Below the pieces are notes generated by a model. It had not been told where the DNA came from, did not search any database, and worked only from the letters and a program-made list of their open reading frames with translations. Shown piece by piece: positions 27,583 to 34,691 of a DNA stretch of 34,691 nucleotides (positions are counted from its first letter, which is position 1; every line of letters starts with the position of its first letter). This stretch comes from Promethearchaeota archaeon (GTDB lineage: Archaea; Asgardarchaeota; Lokiarchaeia; Sigyniarchaeales; SOKP01): the NCBI GenBank assembly GCA_048938445.1, contig JBHLME010000040.1:1-34691 (forward strand), read 5' to 3'. A program made the translations under genes and the position numbers.

Positions 27583-28335
27583 CTATTTTTTTAAAATTTT
27601 GACCTTTCTAAAGAATTTTTGCATGAATTCAGGCATGACCCATCCAAAATAAAAGTCAATTGCAGAAATTATTAATAATGTTCTAACTATTATCACTCCA
27701 ATGACTTCTAATGGAACCCTGGTATCTATAGTAGCTGCAACACTCCATATAATAAAACCAATTAACATTAATTTTCCTCTTAACTGAATCACGGGTTTAT
27801 TCGCCTTCATTAGTTTCCTTGACATTAATAGTCCTGTTGTAAAGATTGTTATCACAATAATTATTAATAATACAAAAATGAATCCTTCGTATTCTGCGTT
27901 CAGATTTTTCTCATCCAATGAACCTATGAGGAGAAGAATTAAGTTAGGGGGTGCAACAAATAAAATCAGTAAAAACACGATTTCCATGACACTTAATAGT
28001 ATTGCATAACTTATTACAAATATTTTATTTTTCCCATCAAATAATAAAATATTCATTCCGATAATCCATGAAAACAAGAATAAGGGGATAAATGCATTTC
28101 CAATGAAAAAAAATACCTGATCAGGAATTTTGTATTCAAATAAAGCATGGCTGAGAAATGAAACAGACGATGGCCACCAAGGGCAACTAATTCCAGCGAC
28201 TGAGAGACCTATGAATATAAATGATTTTTCCTTGTATTTAAAATACCTTGAGATCAATAAAATACCTACTGATGTAGTACTAAAGACATAAAGCAAGCTA
28301 AATAATCCTTCAATGAATTCTTCTGGTCCTAGCAT
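27583..28335 (-). CDS. Hypothetical 7-TM membrane protein (paralog B)
   Basis: MLGP.EFIEGLFSLLYV start and GWVMPE end shared with paralog A. Confidence 0.75.
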   Translation of the reverse strand: MLGPEEFIEGLFSLLYVFSTTSVGILLISRYFKYKEKSFIFIGLSVAGISCPWWPSSVSFLSHALFEYKIPDQVFFFIGNAFIPLFLFSWIIGMNILLFDGKNKIFVISYAILLSVMEIVFLLILFVAPPNLILLLIGSLDEKNLNAEYEGFIFVLLIIIVITIFTTGLLMSRKLMKANKPVIQLRGKLMLIGFIIWSVAATIDTRVPLEVIGVIIVRTLLIISAIDFYFGWVMPEFMQKFFRKVKILKK

Positions 28336-28578
28336 TCATAGCACCTGTTATTTATAAAAAATATTTTCATAGAATATTAAGTACTACTAATCGTATTAAA
28401 ATGCTTGTATGTGATTTATAGATTATTAAAATATCTATATTTATCACTTAATACTTCATTTAATGCACCAAATGGTAAAAATATTACACAAAAAACTTAA
28501 AAATAATTTTTAGAGTGTTATTGAAATCTAAGAAATTCAATCTGGTAAAAAGAAATGAGATATTAAATTAAATGATAT

Positions 28579-29439
28579 TTAAATCAATCCAAAAAAGTCA
28601 GCCATCTTCGAGGGTCGATTTAAGTTTATTGCATAATAATTTTCTATAATTTCTAATAGGAAATTTAGATATGGAAGGGGAATGTTTGTATGGTAAATAT
28701 TATTTAAATGTTCTATCACTTGTTTTGTATCAAATTCTTCATCTTTATTTTGTTTTTTATGAAACCTTAGAATCTCATGGATAATCCTTTCAATTTTATA
28801 GATCTCATTTTTAAACATTATAAGACTCGAAATTTCATCATATTCCTTGTAAAACTGTTGAACAAAAGCTAGTTCGATTTTTAATTTTGATTGTTCAATG
28901 ATTTTCTCATCATCTTTTATGAGTTTGCCTTGATCCCATACTATATGATTTTTGTAATCCTTTCGATTTTTTTTAAATTCTTGGCGTGTTAAAAAAGTAA
29001 TGTCAAAATTGAAAACATCTCCAAATACATATTCTAAAAATCTGAGATAATGCTCATTTAAGAATTCATGCTCAGAAATTAGTGCGATTTTTTTCGCTAT
29101 TAGCACGGCTCTTATTACACTAGCTAGTAGTGTGGGCATTAGATTAATTTTAATGATGCTTAAATCAAAATTTTGTGGTGTTTCATAAAGTTTTTCTTCA
29201 GAAATTTCGATTTGTGGAATGTCAATTTTAAAATCACAAACAAACGAGTCTCTAACATCTAGGTTTTTATCAATATATGCTATAAAAGAGTGTTCGCATA
29301 TTACTTTTTCCGCTACATTAATTGCAGCTATGCCTCGAGTGCTCGTTTTTACAAGATTTTTTTCAACTTCTAGTTGACCTTTATGGTTGCATACTGGACA
29401 TCGTATTAAAATTTTAACTGTAAATTCATCAGAACTCAT
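28579..29439 (-). CDS. Hypothetical protein with N-terminal CPxC...CxHSF putative Zn-binding domain (paralog B)
   Basis: RCPVC, CEHSFIAYIDKNLDVRD, LNRP.K..DFFGL C-terminus shared with paralog A. Confidence 0.75.
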   Translation of the reverse strand: MSSDEFTVKILIRCPVCNHKGQLEVEKNLVKTSTRGIAAINVAEKVICEHSFIAYIDKNLDVRDSFVCDFKIDIPQIEISEEKLYETPQNFDLSIIKINLMPTLLASVIRAVLIAKKIALISEHEFLNEHYLRFLEYVFGDVFNFDITFLTRQEFKKNRKDYKNHIVWDQGKLIKDDEKIIEQSKLKIELAFVQQFYKEYDEISSLIMFKNEIYKIERIIHEILRFHKKQNKDEEFDTKQVIEHLNNIYHTNIPLPYLNFLLEIIENYYAINLNRPSKMADFFGLI

Positions 29440-29708
29440 TATTTATACCTTGTAATAAAAGAAATATATTGTAATTATAATGATATAGCTATTTAAAAAT
29501 TTAGTTTATAATTAAATAATCATTTTTTATGTTTCCTTACTACCCTAAGAGAAAAATGTTGGTTACAATTAGATTAAATAATAAATGTTTAAATGATATA
29601 ATATCTCATCATTTAGTGCCTACATTTATTAAATTTTATCTTTAAAAAATTTCTACATTTTAATTTTCTAGTTTAATCTAATATATTTATGAAATATAAA
29701 TATTATCG

Positions 29709-29744
29709 CTAGTAACATTTATATATATAGAACTTTTATCTATT
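29709..29744 (+). promoter_or_regulatory. Promoter/operator of tusA copy 3, near-identical to 15762-15797
   Basis: CTAGTAACATTTATATATATAGAACTTTTATCTATT, 33/36 identical by manual alignment. Confidence 0.7.
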
Positions 29745-29842
29745 AATATAGTAGTATTTAGTTAAAAAAACTATGATGAATTAAAATTATAAAAAAATAA
29801 TTTTTCAATAATATTCGAATATTATAAAAAGAGGCGTAATAA

Positions 29843-30079
29843 ATGAAGTATGATATGGAATTAGATGTATGTGGACTTGTGTGTCCTGTACCTGCTTTAA
29901 AAACCAAAAAACAATTGAGAACTATGAGACCTGGAACTGTTTTAAAGGTGATCACGGATTACAAACCCGCAAGTGAGTCCGTTCCACGAGATCTCGCAAA
30001 AACCAAGCATAAACATCTTGGAACAGAATTCATAGAAGATGATGAACAGTGGTATATTTACTTTGAAGCGGTAAAATAA
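29843..30079 (+). CDS. tusA: Sulfur carrier TusA (copy 3)
   Basis: LDVCGLVCPVPAL motif. Confidence 0.88.
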   Translation: MKYDMELDVCGLVCPVPALKTKKQLRTMRPGTVLKVITDYKPASESVPRDLAKTKHKHLGTEFIEDDEQWYIYFEAVK

Positions 30080-30108
30080 TACTATCAAATAAAATATGGT
30101 GATTCTTA

Positions 30109-30396
30109 ATGCGAAAAAAAAAAGTAAAAAAAAAAAGAAAAGAGATTCCATTGGAATTACAGATCAAAGCATTAGAATCATTCCGTAAAGATATGAAAGA
30201 TTTAATGGGTAAAACAATCAAAACCATGAATTCCACTGCAACCATTTTAAGAGAAAGTGTTCAAAAAAATATAAACAACGCATCAATTAATCTAAAATCT
30301 ACAAAAACTATTATTGATAATATAAAAGAATCAGAATTCTTAAAAAAGCAATCAAAATTTAGGATATTAGATGCGAATGATTTTATATTAATGTAA
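30109..30396 (+). CDS. Hypothetical basic helical protein
   Basis: GGTGA SD 6 nt before ATG; Lys-rich N-terminus; followed by T-tract. Confidence 0.6.
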   Translation: MRKKKVKKKRKEIPLELQIKALESFRKDMKDLMGKTIKTMNSTATILRESVQKNINNASINLKSTKTIIDNIKESEFLKKQSKFRILDANDFILM

Positions 30397-30558
30397 TTTT
30401 TTTTATCTCTTTTTATTTTTCTACTGAATAATTTATTTTTAAAATAAAAGGATTAATTTTTAATATAAACCTGTGAATTTCTTCTTTAATTAATCATAAA
30501 TACAGCTAAATTTGCTTTATTATTTAATTTGATAAGGATATAAATCAAAATAATTGAG

Positions 30559-32073
30559 ATGAAAATTTTGAGTATCGTAGAAAAGTTCAATACTTTAAAA
30601 GAGGGAGGTGTATATAAGTACCTCATTAATGGAGAATGGAAAAAATCAGGAACAGGAATAACCATTCCTATAAAAAATCCCTTTAATAATGAAGTTGTCG
30701 GAAATATTCAAGCTTGTTCTCAAGAAGAAGTTGATGAGGCAGTTAAAATTGCACGTGATAATATAGAATGTTGGATTGAAACACCATTGAACCAAAGAGC
30801 CGAAATTTTACGTAAATCAGCTAAAATAATCAGAGAATGGGCAGAGCCATTAGGAAAAATTCTAATGAACGAAATAGGAAAGCCAATAAAAAGTGCAATT
30901 TCTGAAATCGCAAGAACCGCTGATATATTTGATGGAACCGCAGATTTTGCATCGACCATAGGAGGCGAAACAATAATGGGAGATGCTTTTGAGGGATTTA
31001 CTCGTGAAAAAATTTCAATGACTTATAGAGTCCCATTAGGAGTAGTGTTATGCATTGGTCCTTTTAATTATCCTTTTAATTTAACGGGATCTAAAATAGC
31101 TCCAGCATTAGTTGCTGGAAATACGGTTGTAATGAAACCTCCTACTCAAGGAGCAATTACACCTCTACACTTTGGACTTATCTTAGAGGAAGCAGGACTC
31201 CCTCCAGGTGTCTTTAATATAATTACTGGACGTGGTTCTGAAATAGGAGATCATTTAACCAGTCATCCAGGAATTGACATGATTGCTTTTACTGGATCCT
31301 CTGAAACGGGTAAAAATCTTGCTAAAGTTGCAGGAATGAAACCACTTTTATTAGAAATGGGTGGAAAAGATGCTGCTATTGTACTTGATGATGCAGATAT
31401 TGAACTCACGGTCAAAGCAATAATCTCAGGAGCTTTTTCTTTTAGCGGTCAAAGGTGTACTGCTGTTAAAAGGGTTCTTCCCATGCCTAAAATTGCAGAT
31501 GCTCTAATCCAGAGAGTTGTTGAAGAAACAAATAAGCTTACAATTGGAGATCCCGCTGAAAACAAGACTATCGGTCCACTCATAAATTCAAAACAATGTG
31601 ATTATGTTCAAGGATTAATTGATGATGCGCTTCAAAAAGGAGCTACATTAATGTGTGGCAATAAAAGAGAAGGAAATATCATGTGGCCTACGGTTTTGGA
31701 TCATGTTACGACTGAAATGAGAGTTGCTTGGGAAGAGCCATTTGGACCTATTTTACCATTTATACGAATTCAAAATGCCGAGGAGGCTATTAAAATCTCA
31801 AATAAATCAGAATATGGATTACAGGGCATGATATTTACTGAAAATATTGATTTAGCGTTTAATATCGCTCAAGAATTAGATGTCGGGACAGTTCAAATTA
31901 ATGGAAAAAGTTCAAGAGGGCCTGATCACTTTCCATTTTTAGGAACAAAGTCATCAGGGCTTGGAACCCAAGGAATGAAATATTCGATTGAAGCAATGAG
32001 TCGTCCTAAAGCAGTTGTCATGAATTTAACAGAAAAAGGGAAATTGGTTCGTGAATGTGGGGTGCATAAATAA
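30559..32073 (+). CDS. gapN: NADP-dependent non-phosphorylating glyceraldehyde-3-phosphate dehydrogenase (aldehyde dehydrogenase family)
   Basis: PLGVVL.I.PFNYP.NL, KPPTQG, EMGGKD, SGQRCTAVKR, WEEPFGP, RGPDHFPFLG motifs characteristic of GAPN. Confidence 0.85.
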   Translation: MKILSIVEKFNTLKEGGVYKYLINGEWKKSGTGITIPIKNPFNNEVVGNIQACSQEEVDEAVKIARDNIECWIETPLNQRAEILRKSAKIIREWAEPLGKILMNEIGKPIKSAISEIARTADIFDGTADFASTIGGETIMGDAFEGFTREKISMTYRVPLGVVLCIGPFNYPFNLTGSKIAPALVAGNTVVMKPPTQGAITPLHFGLILEEAGLPPGVFNIITGRGSEIGDHLTSHPGIDMIAFTGSSETGKNLAKVAGMKPLLLEMGGKDAAIVLDDADIELTVKAIISGAFSFSGQRCTAVKRVLPMPKIADALIQRVVEETNKLTIGDPAENKTIGPLINSKQCDYVQGLIDDALQKGATLMCGNKREGNIMWPTVLDHVTTEMRVAWEEPFGPILPFIRIQNAEEAIKISNKSEYGLQGMIFTENIDLAFNIAQELDVGTVQINGKSSRGPDHFPFLGTKSSGLGTQGMKYSIEAMSRPKAVVMNLTEKGKLVRECGVHK

Positions 32074-32913
32074 ATGACTGGGTTAAAAAATAAAGTAATA
32101 TTCATCACTGGTGCAAGTAGGGGTATAGGAAAAGCAATCGCTATTAAGTGTGCTCAAGATGGTGCTAAAATCGCAGTTGTCGCTAAGACAAAAGAATCCC
32201 ATCCAAAGCTCCCAGGAACCGTGTATACTGCTGTTGATGAAATTGAAAATGCAGGAGGGCGAGCTATACCTTGTATCGCGGATATTCGATTTGAAGATCA
32301 AGTTCAAGCTGCTTTAGATGCAACTATTGATGAATTTGGAGGGATTGATATCCTCATTAATGATGCGAGTGCAATAAGTATCACGCCTACTCTTCAAACC
32401 TCAATGAAACGATTTGATTTAATGTTTTCTGTTAACGTTAGAGGGACTTTTTTATGTTCAAGATTATGTATCCCCTATTTAAAAAAATCAGAAAATCCAC
32501 ACATTTTAAACTTATCTCCTCCCCTTAATTTAGATCCTAAATGGTTCTCAAATCATTTAGCATACACGATGTCTAAATATGGGATGAGCATGTGCGTGCT
32601 TGGAATGGCAGAAGAATTTAAAAAAGATGGTATTGGGGTAAATGCACTATGGCCCCGGACGACAATTGCCACCGCTGCAGTGAAGAATCTATTAGGAGGA
32701 GAGAAAGCAATGAAACAATCAAGAACACCAGAAATCGTTGCAGATGCGGCATATTTAATTGTAAACAAAGTGAGTAGGGAATGCACAGGAAATTTTTTCA
32801 TTGATGATGAAGTATTAATTGAAGCAGGTATAACGGATTTAAGTAAATATTCATTAGTACCAGGAGCACAATTATTATCAGATTTTTTCTTATATGGAGG
32901 AGGAGAGACTTAA
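32074..32913 (+). CDS. Short-chain dehydrogenase, HSDL2-like
   Basis: TGASRGIG, HPKLPGT, PHILNLSPP, YTMSK catalytic motif, NALWPRT.IATAA. Confidence 0.88.
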   Translation: MTGLKNKVIFITGASRGIGKAIAIKCAQDGAKIAVVAKTKESHPKLPGTVYTAVDEIENAGGRAIPCIADIRFEDQVQAALDATIDEFGGIDILINDASAISITPTLQTSMKRFDLMFSVNVRGTFLCSRLCIPYLKKSENPHILNLSPPLNLDPKWFSNHLAYTMSKYGMSMCVLGMAEEFKKDGIGVNALWPRTTIATAAVKNLLGGEKAMKQSRTPEIVADAAYLIVNKVSRECTGNFFIDDEVLIEAGITDLSKYSLVPGAQLLSDFFLYGGGET

Positions 32914-32914
32914 A

Positions 32915-33970
32915 ATGAAAAAATCATGGATTTTATATGGAGCTAATGGTTATACTGGAATTTTATTAGCTAAAGAAGCAAAAGAAAACGGATTAAATCC
33001 GATAATTGCTGGGCGTTCAAAAGAAAAAATACATCCATTAGCAGAAAAGCTTGATTTAGAATATCTAATATTTGATTTAAATGATGAAGACAAATTAATT
33101 GACATTTTTCAGAATCAAGATTTAATACTGAACGCCGCAGGTCCATTTAAATATACAAGCAAATCAATCGTGAATGCATGCTTGAAATCTAAAGCACATT
33201 ATTTGGACATTACAGGCGAAGTTCCCGTTTTTGAAGAAAATTTTAAACTAAATCAACAAGCTATTGATTCCGAAATTGCTATAATTTCTGGTGTAGGATT
33301 TGATGTCGTTCCTACTGATTGTATGGCAAGTTATATCCACACTAAAATAGATAATCCAATAAAATTAGATATCGGAGTCGCAGGAGTAGATAATCTAAGT
33401 AGGGGAACACTAAAAACTATGATAGAATACTTTTCTTCGGGAAGTTTAATTAGGAGGGACGGAAATCTCATGTTAAAAAAGAAAGATGAGTATCTAGATA
33501 AAATTCGATTTTACGATAAAGACAGGAAAGTCTTAGCTGTAAGCTGGGGTGACTTGGCAACAGCATTTAAGACCACAAGCATACCCAATATTACCACTTA
33601 CATGCCTCCTTCTATGAGCTTATTAAAATTACTGAAATCCTCAGGAACAAGTCTAGATGGCAGTTCTCAAGGTTTTGATGAAAATAAACTCTTGAAATAC
33701 ATTGAAGATAACGTGTATGGACCAGATGAAAATGTTCGATCAGAAGGGACCTCACATATATGGGTATCTGTTTCTAATCAATCAGGAGATAAAGCAGAAG
33801 CTTGGCTTGAAACAATTGAACCATATCGATTTACTGTCCTGAGCGGAATTAAAGCAGTTGAAAAAGTCATTAATAGTAATCTTAAAGGTTCATTGACGCC
33901 CTCCCTAGCATTTGGAGCTGATTTTGTACTTGAATTTCCCGATACAACTCGTCATAATTCTTTAGATTAA
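32915..33970 (+). CDS. Saccharopine dehydrogenase-like NAD(P)-binding oxidoreductase
   Basis: YGANGYTG, NAAGPF, HYLDITGE, GFDVVPTD, TPS.AFG; start ATG 32915. Confidence 0.85.
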   Translation: MKKSWILYGANGYTGILLAKEAKENGLNPIIAGRSKEKIHPLAEKLDLEYLIFDLNDEDKLIDIFQNQDLILNAAGPFKYTSKSIVNACLKSKAHYLDITGEVPVFEENFKLNQQAIDSEIAIISGVGFDVVPTDCMASYIHTKIDNPIKLDIGVAGVDNLSRGTLKTMIEYFSSGSLIRRDGNLMLKKKDEYLDKIRFYDKDRKVLAVSWGDLATAFKTTSIPNITTYMPPSMSLLKLLKSSGTSLDGSSQGFDENKLLKYIEDNVYGPDENVRSEGTSHIWVSVSNQSGDKAEAWLETIEPYRFTVLSGIKAVEKVINSNLKGSLTPSLAFGADFVLEFPDTTRHNSLD

Positions 33971-34165
33971 TTCTTTTTTTTCAAGTAAGAATTTTCTAAA
34001 TTCTTGAATTTTATCCTTTTAAATTTATATTTTATAAAAAAATATTACAGTTTAATTTTACAGATATGTTAGTAATGTAATTCACATATTAAATCATAAT
34101 ACACAATTTTATGATTTTTATCATTCTCTAGAAATTTAATAAAATGAAAAATAGAGGTAAAAAAA

Positions 34166-34555
34166 ATGAAAACTGATACCGAAGAAAAGGAGTGGCATGA
34201 AAAACTTACAAAGGAACAATATGAAGTGCTTAGAAAAAAAGGCACGGAAAGACCATTTACCGGTAAATATTGGAACAACCATGAGGATGGCATTTATCGA
34301 TGTGCGGGATGTGGTGCAGAATTATTTTCTTCAGATACCAAGTTTGATTCTGGAACTGGTTGGCCAAGTTTTTCCGACGTTATGGATAATGAAAATATCG
34401 AATTGAAAGAAGATAGAAGTCATGGGATGATCCGGACAGAAGTTCTTTGTAAGAACTGTGGAGGTCATCTTGGACATTTATTCATGGATGGTCCATCACC
34501 GACAAATTGTCGCTATTGTATAAATTCCATATCTCTAAATTTTGATAAAAAATAA
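34166..34555 (+). CDS. msrB: Peptide-methionine (R)-S-oxide reductase
   Basis: GTERPFTG, CAGC, GWPSF, RTEV.C..C..HLGH.F.DGP, RYCINS. Confidence 0.95.
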   Translation: MKTDTEEKEWHEKLTKEQYEVLRKKGTERPFTGKYWNNHEDGIYRCAGCGAELFSSDTKFDSGTGWPSFSDVMDNENIELKEDRSHGMIRTEVLCKNCGGHLGHLFMDGPSPTNCRYCINSISLNFDKK

Positions 34556-34587
34556 TTATACGAGAACATTTTTAGAGAAATATAGAC

Positions 34588-34691
34588 ATGAGCCAACCAA
34601 AATTAAAAGTAATTGCTTACTCTGATTATATTTGTCCTTTTTGTTATATAGGATATCATCGCATGGAGCAGCTTAAAAAAGAATTTAATCT
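34588..34691 (+). CDS. DsbA/FrnE-like thioredoxin-fold oxidoreductase, N-terminal fragment (runs off window)
   Basis: Manual translation MSQPKLKVIAYSDYICPFCYIG... contains the SD.xCPFCYIG motif. Confidence 0.8.
   Translation, partial: MSQPKLKVIAYSDYICPFCYIGYHRMEQLKKEFN

Larger units (their letters stand above)
25499..29439 (-). repeat. Diverged tandem duplication of a two-gene unit (about 2.1 kb period)
   Basis: Order Zn-finger protein then 7TM protein occurs twice with clearly homologous sequences. Confidence 0.85.

Noticed and set aside
25499-28335. 7TM proteins as rhodopsins
   Set aside because: No retinal-binding lysine motif in the seventh helix
413-34406. Numerous antisense or overlapping short ORFs in the ORF track (e.g. 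413-745, 2855-3316, 10524-10943, 13473-13826, 16404-16805, 17214-17585, 21722-22021)
   Set aside because: Shadows of well-supported genes on the other strand or frame, with no recognisable motifs
1-34691. CRISPR arrays, tRNA/rRNA genes, IS elements or integrases
   Set aside because: No regularly spaced repeats, GC-rich structured RNA genes, transposase ORFs or terminal inverted repeats seen

Overview
Very AT-rich, gene-dense archaeal window. Inference: Asgard/Lokiarchaeia-like, from methanogen-type HdrABC-MvhD, archaeal TTTAAATA promoters, (A)GGTGA Shine-Dalgarno motifs and duplicated CPxC..CxHSF / 7TM families. Most of it is one large sulfur island. (1) A minus-strand bacterial-type Cys/Met cluster: class-V PLP enzyme, metW, metX, cysK, Cys-free Rrf2/CymR-like regulator, cysE, thrH. 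(2) A ubiquitin-like sulfur relay: DUF169, PP-loop thiouridylase, TusA, MoeB/E1, an orphan NMT1/SsuA-type binding protein and a divergent MoaD/SAMP. (3) An intercalated ABC exporter/membrane protein/winged-helix cassette with its own palindromic operators. (4) An Lrp/AsnC-divergent operon tusA-dsrE-dsrF-dsrH-dsrE2-hdrC-hdrB-hdrA-mvhD-mvhG-like, ending in an 817-aa FrhB protein with a whole GltD/SudA-type flavoprotein nested inside it and a C-terminal winged helix; no hydrogenase large subunit is present. Downstream are a tandem duplication of a Zn-finger protein + 7TM protein pair, a third tusA sharing a 33/36-identical promoter/operator with the Hdr operon, gapN, an SDR, a saccharopine-dehydrogenase-like protein, msrB and a partial DsbA/FrnE. 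The best candidate for a novel system is the hydrogenase-less Hdr complex coupled to TusA/DsrEFH persulfide carriers. No tRNA, rRNA, CRISPR, mobile element or selenoprotein was recognised. All assignments are by motif recognition only; no searches were run.
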